A stretch of DNA of 64,000 nt from Octopus sinensis. Taxonomy: Eukaryota. Of the stretch, positions 38,684-51,187 are shown in pieces. The number at the start of each line of letters is the position of its first letter. Position 1 is the first letter of the stretch. The position numbers and the translations under genes were made by a program. The DNA lies in NCBI RefSeq assembly GCF_006345805.1, contig NC_043012.1:40920001-40984000 (forward strand). The letters are read 5' to 3'. The notes below the pieces were generated by a model. That model saw nothing but the letters and a program-made list of their open reading frames with translations. It did not search any database and was not told the DNA's origin.

Positions 38684-38820
38684 TGTGTGTGTGTATAAAT
38701 GTGCACACATACCTATATACAGACCTATATATGTATTTAAATATATGACATACAAACATATATGTATATATATAAATACACAAATGCATATATAAACACA
38801 TACATATACGCACATATATA
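38480..38820. repeat. (TA)n/(CA)n compound microsatellite
   Basis: Direct. Confidence 0.92.
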
Positions 38821-39255
38821 TATTTAAAACATCATGTATTAAGACTATTTCTGTATCCTTTCTCCGTCATCGGTCGTTGCCTGACAGGCAAAAATCAATC
38901 ATCACAATTAATCCAATACGCTGATCAACCAATAAAATATTTTGGTAATTTTTCTGTTTTTTTTTTTTAAGTGAGAAATTAATTACAATCCAAAATGAAT
39001 CATTTGAAAGATGGTTTGAATTGCAATCAGAGATTTGCATTTCTCCGCCTCGAATTTGTTTTGCGGTTAGGCAGAGAGCAGTGAAATTTTATCGTTTACA
39101 GAGAAAAAAAAAAAAAACACCCACCAAAATTATCACTAACATATTTACTACTACTACTACTACTAATAATAATAATAATAATAATAATATCAACATAAAC
39201 AAGAACAAAAACAATAACAACAACAACAAAAACAACAACAACAACAATAACAATA

Positions 39256-39293
<38 letters not shown>

Positions 39294-39294
<1 letters not shown>

Positions 39295-39506
39295 GTTTCA
39301 AATTTTGCAATTTTGGAGGAGAGGACGAGACGATTACATCGACCCCAGTATTTCACTGGTACTTAATTTCCCTGGTACTTGATTTATCGACCCCGAAAGG
39401 ATGTAAGGCAAAGTCGACCACGGTGGAATTTGAACTCAGAACGTTGCAACGAGCGAAATAAAGTTAAGTATTTAATTCGGCGCACTAACGTGACTGCTAA
39501 CTCGCC
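39294..39506 (-). mobile_element. SINE family A between triplet arrays
   Basis: Homology to the other copies; (AAT/AAC)n and (GAT)n flanks. Confidence 0.88.
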
Positions 39507-39514
39507 AATGAAGT

Positions 39515-39563
<49 letters not shown>

Positions 39564-39674
39564 AACCTTTCTACTGGAAGCACAAGGCATCAAATTTGCG
39601 GGAAGAGATTAAGTAGATTACATTGACCCCACTACACAACCGGTAGTTAATTTATCGACCCCGTAAGGATGAAG
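39564..39674 (-). mobile_element. SINE family A 3' half, cut off by the adjacent LINE fragment
   Basis: cattgacccc..ttaatttatcgaccccgtaaggatgaagg, then LINE sequence. Confidence 0.8.
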
Positions 39675-40309
39675 GACTAATTGGATACAAGCCAAGAGAC
39701 ATGAAAAGTAAATTTCCAATGTAGGTTATGCAAATCGAAAGAGGAGAGTGTTACTCATGTAGTAAGTGAATGTAGCATGCTGGTACAGAAAGAATACAAG
39801 AAAAGACATGACCATCTAGGGAGAGTAATCCACGGTGAGTTACGTAGAACGCTAAGATTTGAACATATTGATAAATGGTATGAACATGAAGCTAGTAAAG
39901 GACTAGAAAGTGAGAAATATAAGATGTTGTGGGACTCTAACATTCAGACTGACAGTAATAGGGGCAAGAAGACCTGATTTAGTAGTAGGAGACAAAGAGA
40001 ATAAAATGTACCAGATAATTGGCTTTACAATACCAAATGATGAACAAATGAATATGAAAGGTATAGGAAAAAATAGCAAAGTACCCAGGATCTAGTTTTT
40101 GAATTAGAGAGACTATGGGAAGTGTGGGTAAAATGTACCCCAATAATTATAGGTGCATTAGGAACTATACCTAAAGATTTGAACAGATGGATAGAGGAGC
40201 TAGGTATAAATCCCTGTTTAGTACAACTCCAGAAGACAGTGTTATTAGGGACAGCTAGGATACGTAGGAGGGTAGCCCGATGTGAAGAAGTTTTCTTTTC
40301 CGATTCTCT
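39675..40309 (+). mobile_element. R4/Dong-like 3' fragment (CCHC plus RLE)
   Basis: CRLCKSKEESVTHVVSEC, KRHDHLGRVIH, RRPDLVV, IIIGALGTIP and LLGTARI; followed by GAT/AAT array. Confidence 0.88.
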
Positions 40310-40331
40310 AATAATGATGATGATGATGATG

Positions 40332-40393
<62 letters not shown>

Positions 40394-40394
<1 letters not shown>

Positions 40395-40605
40395 TTTTCA
40401 AATTTTGGTTCAAAATCAGCAAATTCGGCGGGTGGGGGGAGGGTTATATCTATTACCAGTGTTCCACTGGTACTTATTCTATCGACCCACAAAAGGATGA
40501 AAGGGGAAGTCGACTTCGGGAGAATTTGAACTCAATGTGAAGATGGACGAAATGTAGCTAAGCATTTTTTCTCCGGCGTGCTAACGTCTCTGCCAGCTCA
40601 TCACC
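40394..40605 (-). mobile_element. SINE family A
   Basis: Homology to the other copies. Confidence 0.88.
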
Positions 40606-42077
40606 TCAATAACAACAACAGCAGCAGCACCGGCAATAATAGTAGTAGTAGCAGCAACAACAGTAATCGTAGTAGTACTAGTAGTTTGTCTTTGGTATGA
40701 CTTTAAACAACGTCCGGTAGAGGGTCTTGGCTTGGGAGTCACCTCTGAGACGCTATTCCTCGCAGGTCTACCCTGACTTAAAGCAGTGGCACCTATCAGG
40801 ATCCAACTTTGTGTTAGTTAATATATTAGGGCTTGCTTATCTACGCATGTGAAGACTGGATCCGGCGGACTCTGCGCCAGGACGCACTTTGCTTCAAAGG
40901 AAGGGAGGGTGACAACAGCAACGCACTGTGGGGGACAGAGGTCGAGATGAATTACGCCATCTTGACCATCCACTACATCTGTATCCATCCACAGTCGTCG
41001 TCTTGACCTGGTCTTGCCATTCACTGAGGCAATCCTCATCGCATTTGCCCGCCTTTCAACAAATTTTTTAGTATAAGAGACCTTAACCTCGAATATTCGA
41101 AGTTGATGCCATGTCACTCAGACGTTTAACAAGTTTAATTAAACGTCCTCCCTTCTAGCGCTATACCTTCTCTAAATTCATAAAACCCTTTCTTAGCCAT
41201 TAATTCCCCGCTCGCATCATGTTTTTCCTTTCACCTCATTCTTGACTGTGTCCGTCTATCCTTCTTTTTCCATTCATCTCTCTCACCATATTTCTCTCTC
41301 CTATCAAGTCCTGCTCACGCTTGATACTCCGTAGTCCTACATTCCTTATAAGTTACAGTCAGTTTTTTGTAACTGAGAGGACGTACCCATGATGCAATGC
41401 AGTGGGACAGCACCTAAAACCATGTGGTTAAGAAGGGATCTTTTCACTGAACAACCGCACCTGACTCAAACACACTTATACTTTACTCGCGCGCGCACCA
41501 CATGTCTATATAATACCAATTAGGCTATTTTGACATCAATGATTCTATCACATTCTTCAAAAAATAAGAAATCTCACGTTCATATCCAGTTACAGACAAT
41601 GTACACAAGTTTTAGAAATACGTTTAGAGTAAAGAGATATACTTCTTTGCATCACCCTTTCTTTTCCATTTACATGCTATCGGAAATGTCAAAACCAATT
41701 TCTCAATAATTCAGTAAATGTGTTATTTACAATAAGCAGCAAGCCAAACGGAAATGAATCTGAAGTCCAAGTTTGTTCTGAGAATTCTCTGAAGCAGTGG
41801 AACACGTTTGCTGCCATTAAATAATTCTCCATCACATGTTTGTCTGAAATCCGTTAAATCTTGAGTATGGTCACGTTTGGTTAAATATGATTTCTTTGAT
41901 AATGGATGCAGGCATCTGGCGGTTAGGAGGCAGCGGAGACATTAAGGAATCTCTTTGAATTTCCGACAAGAATTTAAATATATTTATATATCACACACAG
42001 ACATGCACACAAACGAGCACACGCGCATACACACACAGGCACACACATGGACACACACACACGCACGCACGCACACG

Positions 42078-42127
<50 letters not shown>

Positions 42128-43299
42128 ACACACACACACACTCCAGTGCATTTAAAGCAGAAACGGTTTTCTTATTGCCAGAGCACAACATGACGATTTG
42201 GGTAAACAGTTTTTTTCATAAATTTGAAGAAAAATATATTTAGCTTAATTTCTGTATCGCAATTATGTAATTATGGTTGTGTTTATCTTAATGAAACAGT
42301 TGTTGAGCAGAATGATCTCTATGTGAAAGATATAATGTTTTGCTTTTCTGTTAAGTGCGTTGCCCTTAAAGACTGTATTCACCGATTACGTACAAAAATG
42401 CAACTCTGTCCCCCTTGGATTTACTACAATATAGCGACGTATATTTTTGCTGTCGTGCGTAAAACTTAGCCAACCTGGAACGAAGAAACTAGAGTTGCGT
42501 ACAAAAAGGGTGAAGAATGAAAACTTTGGAAATATAATTATAAGTATTCAACGTATGTTGACAATAGAAAATATTCTAATATTGGGGCATGAAAATCCAC
42601 GACGGAAAAGAACCCACTGGAAGTTTATATGGCTTATTATTAGATTAGTTTCTATAGTCAATATACAGGACAAACACACACGCAAAGATGATCTGGAACT
42701 CGATTGAAGAAAGAAAACTCCAAATGACACGTCCTTGTTTTTTATTGTCCCTTTTTGTATCACCTAACTGTCTAGATGTTTTGTTGTCGCCTGAAGCGTT
42801 CTTCTCTCATTTTTTTGTATTCTTTTTTTCTATACATATAGCGGCGTTCGTACACTTTGGTCTCTTATATGTAAGTATATATATATATATATATATAGAT
42901 ATATATGATATATATATAATATATATATAATGTAAATATATATACATATATCATATATATATAATATATATATGTATGTATATATATGTATATATATTTT
43001 TTCCCATCCTTTTTTGCTTTTCTTTCTCTCTCTCCCTCTTTTTCTAAAAACAAAACAAAAACAATACTCTCCTTTTCTAAACAAAGCAAAAAGTCATTCG
43101 ATTCATGTAAATGAACAACGAAAGTTCTACTTTTGCCATTTTGATTTTGATTTTGTGTTGAGGAGTTCGATAAACAAATGAAAAGGTTAATAAAGAATTA
43201 TATAGTCGAATCGGACATTAAAAATAATAGAGAACGAAACAACAAAAGTACATAAAGTATATTAGCTTGGTGCTCAGTAAAGGTGGAAAAAAGAGTAGT

Positions 43300-43335
43300 C
43301 TTTTAACGCTTCGAGCTTAGTTCTTCGTCAGAAAT
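43300..43335 (-). ncRNA. Degenerate minimal hammerhead-like motif
   Basis: CTGACGA-A-GAAC-TAA-GCTC-GAAG-CGT-T; two departures from a functional consensus. Confidence 0.3.
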
Positions 43336-43400
43336 AAGAGAAAAGAAAGGTCCAAGGAAGGAAAAAATCCTGGAAAAGCATATGTAGTTACAGGGCTGTG

Positions 43401-43440
<40 letters not shown>

Positions 43441-44067
43441 TATATATACATGTATGTATGTGTGTATGTATGTATCTATGTACGTATGTGTGTATGTATG
43501 CGTTTAAGTGCACAAATAGATGTCTGTAACTGCGTATAAAAATGAGGTAAATATAACATTAAAGCGGTTCTTTAATTCATTTGAGACATCGTTGCTAAGG
43601 TCATACTGGGGCACCGCCTGCAGATATTATACACTCTGTAAATCGACACCTTTTATCACAATATATTTCTTAAGCTGTGATAGCTTGTAATAATACTTGG
43701 AGAATAATGGAATAAGGTATCGACCATTTCCAAGAATAAGGAATATTTAATGTATCTATACTTTGTCCCTAGAGTTAATACCAAAAGTACCTGGTTAATT
43801 AGTTTGGTGCTGACGAGAGGCTGTTAACTTGAGAGTAGCTAGGACTGTTAAAAACAACAGCCAAATATACGTCGAATACCCAAAAATTAAATTAAAATCG
43901 AAATGCAAGACACGTCGTCTGGTTTTGTATGTACTATAAATGAAATAAAAGCGGTTGGTCACGGATGGAACATCGTTGATTTTAAGTCTGTCTGATCGGG
44001 GCTGACGCGGAGTTAAAAAGCAACTGTATCAGCGACAAAAATAAGGAGCAGCAGCAGCAGGACCACT

Positions 44068-44102
<35 letters not shown>

Positions 44103-44741
44103 CAACAACGCCATCATCATCATCATCATCATCATCATCACCATCATCAACAGCAACAACAACAACAACGAAGCGACATCAAGGATAACAGCGACAACAA
44201 TGATAAAAACAGTCACAAACCAACTAAGCAACAGTAACAACAACAACAGCAGCAGCAACAACAAGAAGCATTAATTGCCTCAAAATTTGATGTTAATGGA
44301 AAAGCTAAAAGTACAGCTTATAAGAAACATGATTGCAAAGTTGGCTTCATTTCCGTCTTCGTTTCGAACCAAATGTCATGGAAATGTTTCCTCTATTGAC
44401 TGGAAAGAACTAATGGCATAGGCGTGGCCATTTTGTTCTACATTTCGCTTCGTAGCAACAGCATTTCAGTTTCAATCCCCAAAACCAGAGGCAATGAATT
44501 ATAACCAGAATCTTGTGAGCGAAATATAGACAGGAACTGTGTCGGGTCCGAAGAATTGTTACTGCATTGGAATTGTTTGGGCGTTGGACCTTCAAACAGA
44601 AACGGTAGACATAATCCTTAAACCCGCATGGAGAAGGGTTAACATAAAATATAGCAAGTTTAGCCAAATAAAATATCCTGTTATGTTATATAATATAATT
44701 GTTGGATTATTTTATGTTATATTAAAATAATACTTTTTAAC

Positions 44742-44938
44742 TTTGGTATGAGACCAGAAATGTTCAAGTTGTGGAGCAAGACGATTACAGCGGCCAAAGT
44801 ACTTGAATAATACTTTATTTCATCGACCCCTAAGGGACGAAATGCACGTCTGACCATAACGGTACTGAACATAAAGAGTTGTAAGATATACCGTTAAGCA
44901 TTTTGTTCGACGCGATACTTATTCTACTAGCTGGTCAC
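44742..44938 (-). mobile_element. Highly degraded SINE family A
   Basis: tttatttcatcgacccc..taccgttaagcatttt blocks. Confidence 0.55.
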
Positions 44939-46859
44939 TTAGACATGCTGGGTATCTTTAAGGGAGGCCACTGTGTTACATGCATCGGAAACGATGTCTC
45001 CGGTTTGTGGACAACGTCTTCCCTTCCACCATTATTCGAAGTCGCATGTGCACTTCTCTTTCTGCTGTGGTTTCGCAAGAATTTAAGAATAAACACAAGA
45101 TATTGTTGAAATTTTCACATGGATGTTGTAATATTGAGGCTGGTACCACAGGACCTTGTTTCCCAAACACTTCCAATTTACATCATCATAAACTTAGAGA
45201 AGACGAGTGACTGATATTGTTAAACTGTGTAGTTCTAAGTGGTTAAACACATCTATGACCAAAGCCCTTCCAGTTATGATCATCCATTTCCTATCAACAA
45301 AGGGTCTTTCTCACCATATCCAACGTCTATTTCAAGATAGTTTGAGGAAAGTTTTGTGGCTATTTTTAGAATATCGAGCGATCGGGAGAAGGGATTCTCT
45401 TTGGCTGGTGAGGGTTAGCATTCATAAATTCAGTTCAAACATTTTACCAAAAGGGTATAAAGTTTTGGTCAGCACTTTTCTGCGAAGGGTTCTTCACGAA
45501 AAGTTGGATTATTTTCGTCTCGAGCTTCACAAATGCATCGTTTTCTTTGGAAAAATTCTGTGTTTTAGTTTCCTAGTTTCCAACCGTTTCTCTCTTTTGT
45601 TCTCTAATGATGCCAGACCACGCAAATCACACTTCGACATAAACCTCACCCAGTTATCGTGTCCTCTCACTTGCCAAAGAATCCCACTAGAACAATGGCT
45701 GTTCCGATCGCCATTCTCCTATTAGCATCGGAAAAAGCTTTTTCCTATGTTTTCATTTAACACAGATTCTCTTTGAAAATAAACTTGTTTGAGAAAACCT
45801 TCAAACGTATCAACTAAAGAATTTTAATAAAAACTTTTACAATTTAACGCTGCAATAACTTGCTTACTTCTCAACAGTCATCCATTGAAGCAAATATTTT
45901 CCGGGTTTTAATCTTTAGAATAACTTAAAATCACTTTAAATACACTTTGAATAATTATCATACGGCCCCTACCTAAACCGAAACTCAGCTCATTCTAGGT
46001 TTGTTTCCTAATGTAATTCTTGTAAATCGAAATAGTTACACAAAAGAAAACGAGCAGAAGCTTTGATCATTTTGCGGTACAGCAATTCGTCTGCGTTTAT
46101 GAATGGCTTCACTGGAGAAAACCAGATTAGGCCCTCGCTGCACCTCAATATTACATGTACAAAATACATGTATTTAACGGTGGAATATCATAATGAATAT
46201 TTATAATGAATGTGAGCACAATAGCAGAAAGATAGTTTTCGACGATGATACATTGCTATTAAAACCAGCTTTGCCAGCAGAAAACAGAATTTTCAAAGAT
46301 AACCAAATGGAGAATCACAGGTGGTTTTAACCTTCAGAGCTAAATGCGTGGATGACAAAGTGCGCAGAGTGGCCGGCAAAGTGCGCAGAGGCTTGAGAGT
46401 GTTACGAAGAACAATTCTGTGGGTCTCCTCTAATCACTCAACCTGACTATCTGTGGGTCATGAAATTGTCCGATGACAAATGACCTGGGGCTTAAGAACC
46501 AAACAAAAACAACAACAACAACAACACAAGCAACAATAACAGCAACGAAAACAACAGCAAAGAATTTCTTGAACATGTGTGATTTAGGGCATTGAAGGAT
46601 AATACCTCGTTACTGAACATATTATTGTATATGTGCATGTAGATGCGCATGTATGCACACACACACACACACAGTCGCACACATACACACACAAATGTGT
46701 GCTTGCGTTCGTGTGTATTTGTGTGTCGATAGCTGTCTGTGAGTCTGTTTGGATACACATGCAAAATAAGCAGGATTAGTCTTGTAAGAATCTCAGGCCT
46801 TGTGACTTTAGTAGAAAGGATACTAATAATAACAAAAACAACAACAATCATAACTTGAA

Positions 46860-46874
46860 AATAATAATAATAAT

Positions 46875-46905
<31 letters not shown>

Positions 46906-46966
46906 CAACAATCATAACTTGAAAATGATAATAATAATGATAATAATGATAATAATAATAATAATA

Positions 46967-47059
<93 letters not shown>

Positions 47060-47060
47060 A
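46860..47060. repeat. (AAT)n switching to (ATT)n
   Basis: Direct. Confidence 0.95.
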
Positions 47061-48656
47061 TAGATTGCTGTTTGTTCTCTCTATCTTCGTGCTGCTGCTG
47101 CTTTCTAAAAGTGGGTTTCTAGTTGTTTGGAGGAATTGAGAATGTCAAACAAATAAAACCCATAACAAGCAACCTCTGATTGGGAGGCCACCGTGGGATT
47201 TCATTCGACACAACTGGGCACTTTTACTCTTTGATCTTCGTCTTTATTGATTTAAATTTCGATATAATTACGATATTGTTGCAAGAGCCATCTTTTATTC
47301 GGTGGTCTTGTTTTAGAGGAAATTAGCGATATAAAATGCCAATTAATGTCAATTTCTAAAGCTTCGTGAATTATTTTATACCCGATATCGTATAATTAAG
47401 CTTATAAATAGCATATAACATAATATAAAAATATTGTATTATTGTGTATAATATAAAACACGTTTCGGGATTCGTGGAATATATAAGAAACAAAAAATCG
47501 TTGATTGATTATTTTCTGGCAGTGTTCACTCCAAAGAATCCTATTAAAATATGATATTCGAATATCAAATTAGAATATGGTATTTCCAATACCAAACTGG
47601 AATATAACATTTTAGTTATAGTTCAGAATACTGAACTGCGATACCAGTTTTAAGACGAAAGACTATTGGAGATTCTAGCAACAGCAGCAACGGAATTACA
47701 CGTAACTCGATTCAGACATTTTATCGGGAAAGTATTTATGATCTAAGTTGATATTAGTTACTTAAGTAAAGTTAATTGTATTAACCAAATGGGTTAATGC
47801 AATTAATTTAACTAATAGTAAGATTTTAAACAATTTACTTGAGTAAAAGAACGCCATAGAATAATATATATCTCTTGGTATCGAGTCTGACTTAAACATT
47901 GAATTCTCAGTTGAATTAACTTTTTAACCATTTATCTTTCTTTTCAGTAATTGTACACCACTTCATAAAATTCTTGAGACAGAAGCGGGGAGTGAGTGAG
48001 TGAGCGAGAGAGAGGGAGAGAGATAGCTTGGGGGGAGAGAGTGATTTTGCCAATCTAAGTTGCCCTCCGCATCCTACTCAGAGATGAATAATTTTTTTTC
48101 TGGTGTGGATATTCATTATTTTGGGATATAAGGGATCTCTATCTCATCTCGTTTAGTTTATTTCTTTCTAGCGTGGCGTTTCATTTCTGCCAGATCGATA
48201 TGGATCGATATTTAAGTATCAGAAATATATTGAGATCGAGATAATCGATTAGGATATCATCGCCTTTGTACCTACGACGAAAAAAAAAATCGATATTTAT
48301 GTGTTTTGGCAATCACAATCAGGGAAAGTTGATTATGAATGGCACATCGAATTACTCATTGTTTACATCAACAGAAAAGTTCTCAGTTCATTCGCAGCTG
48401 AGAACAATTGCAAAGATAATCCCACGCAACGTTCTGCTCGTTTTTGAGATGATTGGCTTCACAGCTTGTACAGCGTCTATGGAAAACATTTGTGGATATA
48501 TTTAAAGCAATTCAAACTCCAACTACAGCACAACGGCCAAATATGGAATAAATATCACAGAAAAAAGAGATGTGTTAGTGATTTCCTCCGATATTTCAAT
48601 GTCCCGTTGGTTTGTTCTGTCTTAATGAGAAAGGAATGTTTTGATGGAGTCAAGAA

Positions 48657-49167
48657 CATTCATTATAAATAGATATACGTTATAAATAGGCATCCGTTGT
48701 TAAAACATATTCGTTATAAGGGGACATACGTTATAAGGAGACATTCGTTATAAGAAGACATTCGCTATAAACATAAATTCATTAAGAATAGTCATTCGTT
48801 TGTAGACATTCGTTATAAGCAAACATTCATTATAAGAAGATATTCATTATAAATATACATTGATTAAAAGAAAATCTAATTGAAGTAGTCGTTTGTTATA
48901 AGGAGACGAATATTGTAAGGAGACTTACTTTTTATAACGTTATAAGTAAATATTTCTTACGAACAGAAATTTATTATAAACAGGCGTTCATTATAAAGAC
49001 AGATTCGTTCTAAGGAGATATATTTTATGAGCAAATATTCGTTATTGGCACTCATTCATTATAGATAAGCAGTCGTGATAACCAGACATTTGATATATGC
49101 TGATATTCGTTATAAACAAAAATTCGTTATAAGTAGACATTCGTTATAAGCAGACATTCCTTATGTT
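48657..49167. repeat. Degenerate minisatellite, about 17-bp unit GACATTCGTTATAAGNA
   Basis: Repeated attcgttataag variants at roughly 17-nt spacing. Confidence 0.85.
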
Positions 49168-49960
49168 ACTAGTGTAATTAGAGTAAACTAAATCGTGATT
49201 AGTTGATTATTTATATGGATAATAAAAAGGTTTTAGAAATACAAATCTTATCCAACTTTTCTGAGTTAAATTTTGAATTTAAGTTTAGTAGACTTTTACG
49301 AAGAAAACTTAATTTGAAATACTTATTCGACACAGCATCGAGTTAGTTTCTTTTTTATGGAGTTATCATGCGATCAAATGATTCCAGCTAGTCTTGTCGA
49401 TATTATAGCAAACTTCTATTACTGTTTTACAAAATGCTACCGACATTACATTCTGTCTGCACCCAGAACACTTAATTCTCATGTAACTTATAAACTAGTC
49501 TCTCCAAATGTAGATAGGTACTACTCGGAACCATAACTTACGGTTATTCCATAAAAATCAATAAATAATTTGGTAGTTTACAGTGTATTTTGTGTAAGTT
49601 AATTTGGTGCATTTTAAACCAATTTAGTTTTCCTATGGTCGGAACTGTTTCTAGCAGATTGACATGCCTCAAATGGCCTACTTCTCAACGAAGCTTTTGC
49701 GATGCCAATGCAAAACATTTTGGAGACACTTAAATGACTTTCAGTCAACAGAGTCTTGGAAAATGGATTTCAGAAATAAAATCGTTAAATTTCCTTTCAT
49801 TGACACAAACTGTTTATGACAAATACGTCACATTCTATATTTTCATAAACTTATATCAATACGCAAATGGAAACGAATACTCTTTCAGGCCGATTAGTTG
49901 CTCTCATCGCATAAAAATGTGTATACACTATACTATCTTATGGAGAAAGGGTCACTTTAA

Positions 49961-50174
49961 GGCGGCGAAATGGCAGAAATGCTTGCACGCCGGGCGAAAT
50001 GCTCAGCGGTACTTCGTCTGTCTTCACGTTCTAAGTTCAAATTCAGCCAAGGTCGACTTTGCCTTTAATACTTTCACTGTAGATAAAATAAGTACCAGTT
50101 GAGCACTGGAGGGCAATGAAATCGACTTACCCCACCCGCGAAATTGCTGGCCTTGTGCTAAGATTTGAAACCAA
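49961..50174 (+). mobile_element. SINE family A
   Basis: Homology; ends gccttgtgctaagatttgaaacc. Confidence 0.88.
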
Positions 50175-50554
50175 CATCATGGGACACTTCAATGGCTAGA
50201 AACAAAAGCTATTCACAGTTAGATCTCGAAATATCTGAGATTAGTTGCCGCTATTAAGATTATAATATTCTGTATTAGTAACAACATCTTTAGAACGTGT
50301 CTTTAATAATATCTGTAACTAGAAAAGCACTCGGAGAGCTCAGACCTTCGCCAAGCAACTCATTTTAAGATAGATACACGAGTAAAATTACTAATAGAGA
50401 AACGAAAATAAACTTTGGAAGCAGCAACGCCACCATAGGTTACGTGGAAACGATGAACGTGTTTTCAAGGGAGATAATCAAAGAACATAACGTAATACTT
50501 CATGTAAAGTAAATATAACAAATGAAAAATCCTTCAAGAATCAATAAAATTCCC

Positions 50555-50699
50555 GGATCACTTCCAAAATTTCATCATCTGTTCCTTGTCTCATTACCAA
50601 CTTTTCATCAAATACCGTTCACAACATTTTGAGTCATTTTGCACACACGGACAGACCAACGCCGATGGAAACATAACCTCCTGCCTTGGCGGAGGTAAC
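50555..50699 (+). mobile_element. Terminal fragment of a Helentron/Helitron-like non-autonomous repeat
   Basis: Ends in hairpin ACCTCCtGCC-tt-GGCGGAGGT (50676-50696), resembling a widespread aquatic-animal repeat end; family assignment from memory only. Confidence 0.4.
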
Positions 50700-50703
50700 T
50701 ACT

Positions 50704-50920
50704 GGCGGCGAGATAGCAAAATCGTTAGCACTCCGGGTGAAATGCTTAGCGGTATTTCGTTTGCCTTTACGTTCTGAGTCCAAATTCCGCCGAGATCGAC
50801 TTTGCCTTTCATCCTTTCGAGGTCGATAAATTAAGTACCAATTACGCACTGGGGTCTATCTAATCGACTGTCGCCCCCCCCCCAAATTTCGAGCCTTGTG
50901 CCTAGAGTAGAAAAGAATAT
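50704..50920 (+). mobile_element. SINE family A
   Basis: Homology; ends gccttgtgcctagagtagaaa. Confidence 0.9.
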
Positions 50921-50999
50921 TTATAACTACTTTACTTTTCCATCGGTTTGGTTGATTCTCCGATCGTCATCAGAGATATTAGAAATGAATGAATGTAAT

Positions 51000-51187
51000 T
51001 TCAGAGCTGGTAGATTCGTTAGCGTGTCGGATAAAATGACGAGCGGGATTTCTTCCGCTTCTTTATGCTCCAAAAACCTATATTTCGCCGGCGTCAAATT
51101 TACCTTTGATTCCCTTCAAGGTACATAAAAATAAACTGTCAAGTATTGGGGTCGATGGAATCGGCAACTCAGAGATTACTGGCCTTC
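51000..51187 (+). mobile_element. Degraded SINE family A
   Basis: agctggtagattcgttagcg..tattggggtcgatggaatcg. Confidence 0.6.

Noticed and set aside
46335-46394. 60-nt minus-strand exon reading PLRTLPATLRTL (LRR-like)
   Set aside because: Explained by a 14-bp direct duplication (caaagtgcgcagag); donor GTTAAA is weak.
48657-49167. CRISPR array
   Set aside because: Units are contiguous and degenerate with no unique spacers; eukaryotic context with no cas genes.
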